From positions 3,520,001-3,584,000 of the forward strand of contig OZ242311.1 of the NCBI GenBank assembly GCA_965207885.1: 64,000 nt of DNA, read 5' to 3'. The stretch is from Candidatus Latescibacterota bacterium (lineage in GTDB: Bacteria > Latescibacterota > UBA2968). Shown here piece by piece: positions 8,973-18,287 of this stretch (within the stretch, counting starts at the first letter, position 1; each line of letters opens with the position of its first letter). The translations under genes and the position numbers were made by a program. The notes below the pieces were generated by a model, which was not told where the DNA came from, made no database searches, and saw nothing but the letters and a program-made list of their open reading frames with translations.

Positions 8973-11663
8973 CTATTTCACCTCAAAATCACCCGAACCA
9001 ACTGAGCGTTGTTCTACATCCCCATCTCGAATGGTCACAAACGCCGATGTCCGAATCTGCAACTGCACTGTGCCTTCAACCTCTCGAAGCGGAAAAAAGC
9101 AATGCGCCATTCCCGTATTTGTAATGCGAAAACCGGGATCGTCTTCGAGAATGACCTCCCTACCCACCACGCGTTGAACGCGCAACCCGCGCGTTGTGCC
9201 ATCGCCAAATATCACCACAGCAACAGCACCGTCTATGTCACCCATTTCAGGCGTACCATTCACGACCAATGCATGGTACGGCGCACCATCCTCTGTTCGC
9301 AATACATCTGTAACCTGCCCCGTATAGATACCTTCACCCGTTAATTGCGCTGTTTTCCATTGCACCTTCTCCCCACCCCATAAACCCATAACTCGCGCCT
9401 CACCATCCTGTTCGCGCACAAAACCGACTTCGCCTTGAAATGTAAGATCGCCCAAGCGAAAAACTTCTGTCCCGGGTTGCAGAACAATGTGATCCGTACC
9501 CCCCGGGTGGCGCACTTTCAGATACACGCCGCGCTCGCCAACATCCTCCGCCTCAACAGAATCGATAAACGCCCTATCCCGAAACGGTTCGTGAACAGCC
9601 GTAAATCGACTCGGCGATCGACCTTTTTGCTGAACCATCAACATGGGCATGCGAAAGCGATCAATCAGTGTTTCATCTTCATCTGCGCGCCGCACAGAAG
9701 GCGCATCACCCACAAAAAGTTTGCTGTCCTTCAGTCCCACAAGATGAATACGCACAGCAACATCATCTCCGTGAAAAGTGACACGCGCATCCTGTACATA
9801 ATCGCTATATAACACATTCTGAAAAAATGCAAGCGCGACATTCCGTCCCTCTGCATCCCCCCGGTCGCGTTCGTGTTCTGGAAATCGCACCTTCACACCC
9901 GGCAAAAGATTTTCACCATAATTCTGCAAAGGCACATTGACCTCTGTCCGCATATCGCCATCCGCACTTCCGTGCATCACCCAATCGCGCTGATCGCCGC
10001 CCCGCACGCGAAACAGGTCAACCACATAGTGATCCTCTCCCCCCACATTTACGAGCATGACCAATCGCCGATATTCTTCCGCCAGTCCGGGATACACACC
10101 TTCCCCACTCGCTTCCACCCATTGCACAGAGGGATATGCGGCTTCAAACGCCAGCAGAGAACCATCTATAATACCCTTTCGATTGGAGCGTTCTTGTTCC
10201 ACTTCATCGATCAACACAGTATTGTGGCACAAGGTGCTGACCGTCCAACTTCGGTATTGGGTATGGGTATAGCCCACATCGGAGAGCAGTTCCTGTCCCC
10301 TGGCAAAAAGCATCAGATTCAAATTGTCTGCATGGGCATGTCCATAAGCCCCCGAAAAATGCAGGTGCACCTGCACCTGATGTTCGCCATTTCCCCTCCC
10401 CAACCAGGCATGCCCAACACCCGGCAGCAGTGTCGAATGCGATTGTTCAAGCGGTTTGACATTGGGATCAACCCGCCGACTATCCCGATATGCCCAGGCA
10501 TCGTGCATGGGAATCCACCGCCCATCTGGATATCTGCAAATATCCAGAAGATGATTTGCCTTTCTCACAATGGCAATATCGCGCTCCAAATCGAGATTGT
10601 CATATCGCACGCCATCATCCGACACATAACCCAATGGGTCGGAATACCCTTTCAGCGCATCAAATACCACTTGCATACCCGCCATTGTCATCCGTTGATA
10701 CCCCAAACTGCCTTCATGCCAGAAGCCATCTGCATAAAATTGGCTCTCAAACAGCCCGATACTGCGACGAACCGCTTCATGTACCAGTTCGGGATCGCCC
10801 AAAACGCGACCAATCACCGCATACCCGCGATAGATATGGGGACTCGCATTGGTATAGACAATCCCGTGATATCTATCCTGCCGAATGGCTCCGCGAAAGA
10901 AATCGTCCTCAATCCGCTTTTTCACATCTATCCCAACCGCATCGGACAACCGCTCCAGTTCACCACTCGTATAAATCGCATCATAGGCCCTAACCAGATT
11001 GGTCGGCATCTCATCGTGCCGCCACCGCCCCCACTTTCCCCCATTATTTGGATAGGGCGGTTCAAACACAAACCCCTTTTGTTCGTGTGGCCGATCATAA
11101 CTCACCAGAAAGCCCGGGTAATACCGCGCGAATGCGTCCAGAATCAATGTCGCGCGTCGTGCATACGTCGCATCTCCTATTGCCTGGTACAATTCTCCCA
11201 AATCTTCGGCAATCGCCGCAAAATACACACGCGCTTCTCGCCACGCCTTTGCCCGAAAGTAATACCGAAATCCCGTCTCGTCTTCCCAAAATGGATATGT
11301 CATCCTCTCACCCGTCGGGTTGACAACTGTCAGCATCTCATCATCGGGATACGCCTCATTGGGAAACACCATCTCGCAATAGCGGCACTGCACGCGATGT
11401 GGATCTCTGATTGACCACCGCAACTGCCCCTCCTGAGCACCCGCATCACAATCGGGACATCCCACAAATCGAAACCCCGTCTTATCGGGGATCAACGCCA
11501 CCATCTCCGCTTCAGAAAGTCCCATCACCGCTCGCACGCGCCGTTTCAAACGCACGACTTCCTTCTCGGTTAAGCTCACCTGGTAAACCGGGCGTTCAGT
11601 GGCTTGCATAGCCGATACTCCTATCAGAATTTGGATTGTGATCAAAAGAATCCGTATTGACAT
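8973..11663 (-). CDS. Secreted heparinase II/III-like polysaccharide lyase
   Basis: Signal peptide, DGFWHEGSxGY, GHAHADNLN, DVGY and HNTVLID motifs. Confidence 0.8.
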   Translation of the reverse strand: MSIRILLITIQILIGVSAMQATERPVYQVSLTEKEVVRLKRRVRAVMGLSEAEMVALIPDKTGFRFVGCPDCDAGAQEGQLRWSIRDPHRVQCRYCEMVFPNEAYPDDEMLTVVNPTGERMTYPFWEDETGFRYYFRAKAWREARVYFAAIAEDLGELYQAIGDATYARRATLILDAFARYYPGFLVSYDRPHEQKGFVFEPPYPNNGGKWGRWRHDEMPTNLVRAYDAIYTSGELERLSDAVGIDVKKRIEDDFFRGAIRQDRYHGIVYTNASPHIYRGYAVIGRVLGDPELVHEAVRRSIGLFESQFYADGFWHEGSLGYQRMTMAGMQVVFDALKGYSDPLGYVSDDGVRYDNLDLERDIAIVRKANHLLDICRYPDGRWIPMHDAWAYRDSRRVDPNVKPLEQSHSTLLPGVGHAWLGRGNGEHQVQVHLHFSGAYGHAHADNLNLMLFARGQELLSDVGYTHTQYRSWTVSTLCHNTVLIDEVEQERSNRKGIIDGSLLAFEAAYPSVQWVEASGEGVYPGLAEEYRRLVMLVNVGGEDHYVVDLFRVRGGDQRDWVMHGSADGDMRTEVNVPLQNYGENLLPGVKVRFPEHERDRGDAEGRNVALAFFQNVLYSDYVQDARVTFHGDDVAVRIHLVGLKDSKLFVGDAPSVRRADEDETLIDRFRMPMLMVQQKGRSPSRFTAVHEPFRDRAFIDSVEAEDVGERGVYLKVRHPGGTDHIVLQPGTEVFRLGDLTFQGEVGFVREQDGEARVMGLWGGEKVQWKTAQLTGEGIYTGQVTDVLRTEDGAPYHALVVNGTPEMGDIDGAVAVVIFGDGTTRGLRVQRVVGREVILEDDPGFRITNTGMAHCFFPLREVEGTVQLQIRTSAFVTIRDGDVEQRSVGSGDFEVK

Positions 11664-11665
11664 TT

Positions 11666-12955
11666 TTATTTTATCTCATCCAAACGCGCTCGGAACCCGG
11701 GCAAAAGAGCTGTGACCACGGCGGTTGCAACCAGGGCGACACTGGTGTGCAAACCGAGGGCGATAGGCGCGCCATAGACTTCGGTGAGTTTGCCAATTTG
11801 CAGGCTGCCAAGTGGTCCTGCGCCAATGGCGAGGACGAGTGTACCCATTGCGCGGTCTCTCATATCATCACGGGCAGCGATAAGTATTATTGAGCTTTGC
11901 ATCACGGTAAAAAATGCATGCCCCAGGCCAGCAAGTATGAGGAGAAAGATAGCGAGTGGAAAGGCAACCGACGCGCCGAACAGGGTGAGCGCACCAACCC
12001 AGGACGTGCTAAAGGCAAAGACAAACAGCGCAAGAGACTGAAAAAGCGATCCAGCGGAAAATATCCAGCCACGGCTGAGGCGCGAGCGCAACACACTGAC
12101 CGCGTAAAGGCCAAAAAACGCCCCAATACCATTGCACGCGCCCAGCACACCGTATTCAAGTGGCCCCTTGTGAAGAATATCATGTGTAAAAATGGGCAGA
12201 ATGGTCTGGTAGGGAAACGCCAGAAAATTCATGATCACAGTAATGAGCAACGTCCCCATAATCGGCTGGCTGGTACGTATGTATTGCAAGCCTTCGCGCA
12301 TCAGCGTCCACGGAGAAGTTTTGAGAATCGCAGGATGACGCGGCACTTTGACGCCCAGCATGATCAGAAATGAGATAAGGGAGATGAAAAAAATAGTGAT
12401 ATAACAGTCCAGGACGCCAAATAAAGCGTAAATATATCCGCTCAAAAAAGGACCAATCATGCGAGCGATATTTTGGGTAACGCTTTCGAGCATCATCGCT
12501 TCAACCGTGCGCTGCTTGCTTACCAGATCGGGTACCAGGGCGCGACGAGCAGTCCAGTTAAGAGACCACGAGGTGCCAAATAACACCGCGCCAATCGCGA
12601 GATGCCAGACTGCCAGTTGGTTGGTCCAGAGCAGCAGGATAATGGCTGCGAGAACCAGTACGCTGAGCCACTGCGAAAAAATCACGATGCGAACGCGCCC
12701 AACGCTATTGATCAATGGCCCGGCGATAAAACCGATGAGCAACAGGGGAATAGATCGGTAAAAACCAATCAGCGCGACGTCAAACGCAGAGTGGGTAATC
12801 TCAAAAACGAGCCATCCCACGACAATCATTTCCATCCACATGGCCTGCCACCAGAGCATATTGCTCAGGATCAGGTAGCGAAAACCGCGGTTGCCCAGGG
12901 GAGCAAGGGATCCTCGAAAGGAGATGACAAATTTTCCCGTTCTTCTAATGCGCAT
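11666..12955 (-). CDS. MFS transporter
   Basis: About 12 hydrophobic segments; start codon uncertain. Confidence 0.85.
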   Translation of the reverse strand: MRIRRTGKFVISFRGSLAPLGNRGFRYLILSNMLWWQAMWMEMIVVGWLVFEITHSAFDVALIGFYRSIPLLLIGFIAGPLINSVGRVRIVIFSQWLSVLVLAAIILLLWTNQLAVWHLAIGAVLFGTSWSLNWTARRALVPDLVSKQRTVEAMMLESVTQNIARMIGPFLSGYIYALFGVLDCYITIFFISLISFLIMLGVKVPRHPAILKTSPWTLMREGLQYIRTSQPIMGTLLITVIMNFLAFPYQTILPIFTHDILHKGPLEYGVLGACNGIGAFFGLYAVSVLRSRLSRGWIFSAGSLFQSLALFVFAFSTSWVGALTLFGASVAFPLAIFLLILAGLGHAFFTVMQSSIILIAARDDMRDRAMGTLVLAIGAGPLGSLQIGKLTEVYGAPIALGLHTSVALVATAVVTALLPGFRARLDEIK

Positions 12956-13021
12956 GGTCGAGTTTCAAATCCAATCTTCATAGCGCGGAGAATGTCGTCT
13001 ATCGCTATAGCCTCTGCTCTT

Positions 13022-13594
13022 TTACCGCCCAATCTCAAAATCACGCGCCACTGCCCTTGCCATCGTCACGAGAACATCGCTGTCGATGCGCTCGCGATAA
13101 TTGGGATTAATATATTGAAATTGGATCTTGCGATTGGGTGCAATTACAAAGAGCGATGGTACGGGCAAAGAGCGTTTTCTATTATTCATAAAAGCAACGC
13201 CATAAGCCTTTGCTGCCTCAAATTCCACATCCGATAATAGCGCAAAATTGAGACCCACGCGATCGCGCACCTCAGCCAATTTTTCAGGCGGATCGGGCGC
13301 AATAGCAATAATTTCAAAACCCAAACCATCCAACTGTGACTTCAGTTCTTGCAGTTGTCCCAACTGCCGTCGGCAATGCGGTCACCAGTATCCCCGATAA
13401 AAAATCAAAATCGTCGGTTTTTTGTGCGCGCCCAGATCAAAATCCCGTCCATTCGCATCGGCGAGCCTCAGCGCGGGAACTTCATCTCCAACCATCAGGG
13501 GACGCACTTTATTGGGCGCATCGGGCAATTGCGCGTGCCCCCATCCAAAAGTACCAAATACTATCAGCAATGCGACCCAGATTATATTCTTCAT
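13022..13594 (-). CDS. Exported AhpC/TSA (peroxiredoxin-like) selenoprotein, 190 aa, with Sec at codon 71
   Basis: Two track ORFs in the same frame are joined by TGA (13384-13382), giving FYRGYW-U-PHC. A hairpin follows immediately downstream. Confidence 0.85.
13351..13367 (-). promoter_or_regulatory. Putative bacterial SECIS element
   Basis: GCAGTTG-GGA-CAACTGC, a perfect 7-bp stem with a G-containing loop, starting 14 nt after the UGA. Confidence 0.7.
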
Positions 13595-13608
13595 AAAAAT
13601 CTCCTATA

Positions 13609-15105
13609 TTACAATGAAAGAATTTTCCTGATCTTCCCCGGTTGTGCCCAGTTGCATTTTCCCTCTCCGTTGAGTTGTCTCAACAAAATGGGAATACCCG
13701 GATGCTGAAGCGCAGCGCAAACCCTCTCGGCATCCCCCTCGTTTCGACAAGGGATAAATGCCTGCATCGCTTGATTCGCCTGCCACACCTGCCCATCCTC
13801 GCTGTTTAAGATCACCGGATGGAAGTCGCTCTTACCATAAGCCTCCCAGATAACCTTGTAGGGCGCAAAAGAATACGGACCAACGCCGAGCAACGACCAC
13901 CAGACGCCTTTGGCAATAGCAGATCGGATCAAAGTACCTCTCCGACCTTCCAGTTTGCCTCTGACCTCAATGAGATATTGTCTGAGTTCGGCATATCGCT
14001 CAATGCTGGCCCACGAAAGCGGTCGTCCTGTATTTCTATTGTATGGAAGCAGAATCCATTTATGCGGAGCCAGGTCCTCATTCTTCCAGATCTCCTTTGT
14101 CGCAAGCGGAAATAGGAACTCCTCTGGCAGGTACCCTGGCTTATCCTCGAACATGAAAATCGCATTTGTACCACAAGTATTCACGCCCTGGCGCGGTTTT
14201 TGGTCAGAAGATAGTTCGACTTTGATGGCGCTAAGATCATCGGTATCCCCGCGTTGAAGAACGCGCCATTGATCGTCAGATGCCTTGAGCGGAACCGTAC
14301 GGTGTTCGGTCCACTCGCCCTGGCGCTCTCTGAAATATCTGATGGGAAATTTGTGCGGCACATCCATGCGAAACCTGGCACAGCAGTAAGATGTGCCTAC
14401 CCCTCCGAATACCTCTGTCTCAGTAAATTCACAGACCTCATCCACCGCAAATCTCCGACCACTGGCGATGTAATCTCTGAATCCCCTGTGAGCATCACCT
14501 GAGAAGAGAGAAAGTGGTAGAAAGAAACATCCTATCCCATTCTTGCACAGCAATTTGCCCAATACGACCTTCAACACCAGTGCGGCTATATCGGTGCGAG
14601 AGGAACCGAGAAGAACCTGTTTTTTATCGGGAACCAGACCTTCTGCCACAAAATAGGGCTTGAGTCTTTCCTTATATGAATTGGACAAATCCGTGAAATT
14701 TGCCCACGGCGGGTTGCCAAACAAAATATCGTACTCACTATTCGGGGGATCTGTAATCACATCTAAAGCGAGAAGCTGAGACGAAGGAAAATCAATCGCG
14801 AATTTCCGACGCGCTTTGTGCTGAAACGCCTGAAGATGTGACGCACGTACCTCGATCAAAGTCAGCCGCGAAAGAAGCTCTGGCGATACCCGAATACCTC
14901 TCGATCTGGCGAGACGAAACAGCGCGAGCGCGAAAGCACCCTGTCCCGCAGTCGGGTCACAAACAGACGCCCCATCAATCCACGCATCGAAAACATCCCA
15001 CCGCTCGATAAGCCATTCTGCCCATTTGATCGGAGTAAAAATCTGTCCCACCTCAACACTGTGTGAATTGTTTATATACATTCTCCTCAACCCATTCCAG
15101 CGCAA
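13609..15105 (-). CDS. Amino (N6-adenine) DNA methyltransferase, apparently orphan
   Basis: GQIFTP, DPTAGQGAF (motif I) and GNPPW (motif IV), in gamma-class order. Confidence 0.85.
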   Translation of the reverse strand: MRWNGLRRMYINNSHSVEVGQIFTPIKWAEWLIERWDVFDAWIDGASVCDPTAGQGAFALALFRLARSRGIRVSPELLSRLTLIEVRASHLQAFQHKARRKFAIDFPSSQLLALDVITDPPNSEYDILFGNPPWANFTDLSNSYKERLKPYFVAEGLVPDKKQVLLGSSRTDIAALVLKVVLGKLLCKNGIGCFFLPLSLFSGDAHRGFRDYIASGRRFAVDEVCEFTETEVFGGVGTSYCCARFRMDVPHKFPIRYFRERQGEWTEHRTVPLKASDDQWRVLQRGDTDDLSAIKVELSSDQKPRQGVNTCGTNAIFMFEDKPGYLPEEFLFPLATKEIWKNEDLAPHKWILLPYNRNTGRPLSWASIERYAELRQYLIEVRGKLEGRRGTLIRSAIAKGVWWSLLGVGPYSFAPYKVIWEAYGKSDFHPVILNSEDGQVWQANQAMQAFIPCRNEGDAERVCAALQHPGIPILLRQLNGEGKCNWAQPGKIRKILSL

Positions 15106-15225
15106 TTTTTTATGCCAATCTTCTAATGAATTTTATCCAAAGCAGCCAGATACTGATTTCGGATACTTTTCCCTTTGAAATCACATATTGCATTTATACA
15201 CGCCTGTTTGTCAAAATTCAACCCG

Positions 15226-15254
15226 ATTATACCCGCCTGACAAACACCTGTCAA
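15226..15254 (-). promoter_or_regulatory. Consensus sigma70 promoter upstream of the methyltransferase
   Basis: TTGACA-N17-TATAAT exact match on the minus strand. Confidence 0.8.
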
Positions 15255-15320
15255 CCGATTTGTGTCAATGAGGCGCGGGAATATCTCATTCCATCGGTTA
15301 TTCTCAATCTGTCCATTTAC

Positions 15321-15363
15321 AAAAAAAGGCGGCACTGGCAATGTCCTTCACCAGTGCCGCCTT
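15321..15363 (-). terminator. Intrinsic terminator
   Basis: AAGGCGGCACTGG/CCAGTGCCGCCTT stem with a T-run on the minus strand. Confidence 0.75.
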
Positions 15364-15590
15364 CGCACGATCAGCACCCGGGGAATGTTGGGAATATCTG
15401 GAACTGGAAGGTCGGCAAGCCGTCCTAAAGGGTGGATAATATTTCTCAAAAGGAGAACTTCATGCATAGACCTTTATTGCTTTAATCCACCCCCGCACCT
15501 CTGAGCAGGATAGATACGGCCGATTATCGCTTGATGGAGCGGGATAGAATTGAAAAACGTGCAGACTTTAATAATAGAAGGGGGCACGTC

Positions 15591-17684
15591 ATGTCGATTC
15601 GTTTAGCACTACTCGCATTCATCGTTAGCCTATGGGGCTGCGGAGGCCATAGCATGCCTACCGCCCCAGAAAAAGCGGTTATTCGGCCAACCGGGAATAT
15701 CCAATCTCTGGATCTTTCACCCAATGTCCTGGTCGGCTCTATCCGCTCCAAGCCCGCCAGTACCAACGCTGGTTCCAGTGTAGATGCAAGGAACCACGAA
15801 GGCAATCACCCCCCTACTTTCAATAGTTCTCCAGCAGGTCGCAGTCTGACCATCTTGCTCCCGCATGGTCCCCATCTCAGAGCTACACTGCATTTCAATG
15901 GAGAGCCAGCGACGGACCCGGACGGAGACAACATCACCTACCGATTCGCGCTCGCAGTACATGGTCTTCCGGGTCTCCAGACTCCTGCTGAAGCCTTGAT
16001 GAGAATCACGCGGGAAGGCAACAACTTTGTGTTCCGGGGAAATGGCGATATAACCCCGGCCCAGTTCACCTCCGTCTATGGAGAAGTCGCCACCATTCCT
16101 GTCCTGCTGGGGGGAATCTACGCAAGTGATGGGACCGATGAAAGCGATCCTGAGGGTTTCAATATACACCTGGTTTACGACGGCTCAGCCCAGTTCTCAG
16201 CCCCTGCCGAATACATAGGGGACCAACGCTGGGAGATCCCTACTCCCATAGAGATGTACGAAGGGACAACGATGCCCGAAACTGGGGAATTGCCCACCTG
16301 GACAGCAGTTACCGCAGCGCGTCGGGATTGGGGATTCGACTGGTCGTATCCCCGTATCCGATGTGAGGTAGAAGCTACTACCTACGATGTTTACACATTT
16401 CCAGACGGCGGCAATGACAATACTCTATTTACCCTTGATTCAGAAAGTAGAGCGGCATCGGGAACCGTATCACTGGCCTTTAAAACAGTGCCGGACTATG
16501 AAACACCGGGCGACAGCAACGCAGACAACGAGTACCAGGTGCGCGTCGTAAACACGCACAACATCCATCGCCTGGGGGGCGAAGGATCTCCAACAGGGTG
16601 CAGTGGATCGGTGCTTGACATGAGCATCCTGGTCAAAGATGTAGGAACTCCGGCGCCTCCAGAACATGTGGAAGGCAGATTTCGGGAAACGGACGACACG
16701 ACGATAGACGTGAACTGGACCGCGTCTGGAGGCTTTAGCGAAAACGGCACTCTGGTAGCATTCCCAACAGGATTTGAAGTTATCGATTACGACTATCGCT
16801 ACCGACCATCAGGAACAACAACCTGGACAGAAGTGACAGATACCCCTTTGATGGTGACGACCATCACGTTAGAGAATATGACGGAAGATGCTTATGACAT
16901 TCAGGTTCGAGCCAACAATAGTGAAGGTAGCGGAGCCTGGTCATCGGCGATACAAGCAAAGAAGATTAAACGCACCATTTGCTTTATGGCATCGCAATAC
17001 ACCGCTGTGGAGGGAGATCCCTCTGGCGCCGAGATTGCGGTATATCTGGACCCAGCGGCAGGAACTGTGCCGATTAATATCCCCATTTCTGTGGTAGAGA
17101 GAGAAGGGGCTGGTCCTGAAGACTATTCTGGCGTACCTTCAAGTATTACTTTTGCACCAGGCGAAAGCAGGCAGACATTCTCTTTGATGGCCACGGAAGA
17201 TAGCGACAACGATGAAGGTTTGGAAAATATCCAGCTAAACTTCGGAGACCTGCCAAAGAATGTGACTCCAGAAACGCCAGCCACTGCCGAGGTAACCCTG
17301 AAGGAACCAACACCAGCAATCACGGAAATCCGGATATTTTCTACTCCCGAGAGTGGGACCACCTATGGAGGCGGAGAGATCATAAAGGTAGAAGTGACCT
17401 TCAACGTGCCAGTGGTGGTAACGTGCGAGCCCTATATTTGGGTCAAATTTGACGGTAATACAGCGGGAAGGGCCATCTACAAGAGAGGATCGCGCACAGA
17501 GAGGCTTGTCTTTGAATACTGTGTCCGCTCGAGAGATCGGGATCGCAACGGAATAAGCATCCGCTCGAATGCGTTAAACCTGTTCGGGGGATCCATTACG
17601 GCAGTTTCCGATGGTACCAACGCAAATCTCGACCACGTCGGTTTGCCCGACGATCCAGATCACAAAGTAAATGGATGCCAGTGA
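15591..17684 (+). CDS. Surface lipoprotein with cadherin-like, FN3 and Calx-beta-like domains
   Basis: Lipobox LWGC; PDYETPxDxNxDNxYxVxV (cadherin-like); YDIQVRAxNxxGxGAWS (FN3); DYSGVPxSITFAPG (Calx-beta-like). Confidence 0.75.
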   Translation: MSIRLALLAFIVSLWGCGGHSMPTAPEKAVIRPTGNIQSLDLSPNVLVGSIRSKPASTNAGSSVDARNHEGNHPPTFNSSPAGRSLTILLPHGPHLRATLHFNGEPATDPDGDNITYRFALAVHGLPGLQTPAEALMRITREGNNFVFRGNGDITPAQFTSVYGEVATIPVLLGGIYASDGTDESDPEGFNIHLVYDGSAQFSAPAEYIGDQRWEIPTPIEMYEGTTMPETGELPTWTAVTAARRDWGFDWSYPRIRCEVEATTYDVYTFPDGGNDNTLFTLDSESRAASGTVSLAFKTVPDYETPGDSNADNEYQVRVVNTHNIHRLGGEGSPTGCSGSVLDMSILVKDVGTPAPPEHVEGRFRETDDTTIDVNWTASGGFSENGTLVAFPTGFEVIDYDYRYRPSGTTTWTEVTDTPLMVTTITLENMTEDAYDIQVRANNSEGSGAWSSAIQAKKIKRTICFMASQYTAVEGDPSGAEIAVYLDPAAGTVPINIPISVVEREGAGPEDYSGVPSSITFAPGESRQTFSLMATEDSDNDEGLENIQLNFGDLPKNVTPETPATAEVTLKEPTPAITEIRIFSTPESGTTYGGGEIIKVEVTFNVPVVVTCEPYIWVKFDGNTAGRAIYKRGSRTERLVFEYCVRSRDRDRNGISIRSNALNLFGGSITAVSDGTNANLDHVGLPDDPDHKVNGCQ

Positions 17685-17819
17685 AGGGGGTTCATTCTCA
17701 CCTGGTATCGCGTCAAGAGGCGGTAAAGGACACAGGCACCGGTGGCATTGTTCTCGTTGCCACTAATTTGGTGGGTTACCGCGGTGTCCTGCCACTAAAA
17801 AAGAAAAGGGGATATTGGG

Positions 17820-18287
17820 ATGAAGCAAAAATTCATGGAAAGAGCCATAGAACTCTCCCGGATTCATATGAGGGCGGGAGAAGGCGGTCCATTCGGTGCG
17901 GTCATCGTCAAAGACGAAAGAATTATTTCGGAGGGGTATAATGAGGTGCTCTCCAGCAAAGACCCCACAGCCCATGCGGAGATCATGGCCATCAGAAAGG
18001 CGGCATTCAAGCTCGACACCTTCCACCTTGCGGGATGCGAAATCTACACCAGTTGCGAACCCTGCCCCATGTGTCTCGCCGCCATCTACTGGGCCAGAAT
18101 CGAGAAAATTTATTTTGCCAATACCGCTGAAGACGCCAGGAATATCGGCTTCGACGACCAATTCTTTTACCAGGAATTGCAACTGCCGCGATCCAAACGC
18201 CAAGTCCCCTCCCAGCAATTGCTACACGATCAGGCATTAGCGGTCTTCAAGGAGTGGCAGGAAAAGGTGGATCGCATTGAGTACTAG
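17820..18287 (+). CDS. guaD: Guanine deaminase (cytidine deaminase-like fold)
   Basis: GGPFGAVI, HAE and PCPMC motifs, plus the GFDDxFFY tail. Confidence 0.85.
   Translation: MKQKFMERAIELSRIHMRAGEGGPFGAVIVKDERIISEGYNEVLSSKDPTAHAEIMAIRKAAFKLDTFHLAGCEIYTSCEPCPMCLAAIYWARIEKIYFANTAEDARNIGFDDQFFYQELQLPRSKRQVPSQQLLHDQALAVFKEWQEKVDRIEY

Noticed and set aside
9873-11414. 513-aa ORF on the + strand
   Set aside because: It lies wholly antisense to the heparinase-like gene, has a His/Ile/Pro-rich shadow composition and shows no motifs. The same applies to most short overlapping ORFs in the track.
13382-13384. Nonsense-mutation pseudogene reading of the redoxin
   Set aside because: The TGA falls exactly on the catalytic Cys position and is followed by a SECIS-like hairpin, so Sec is the better explanation, pending a check for sel genes.
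15123-15341. 72-aa ORF as a possible restriction endonuclease remnant
   Set aside because: It starts inside a terminator stem, spans a perfect promoter and has no nuclease motif.
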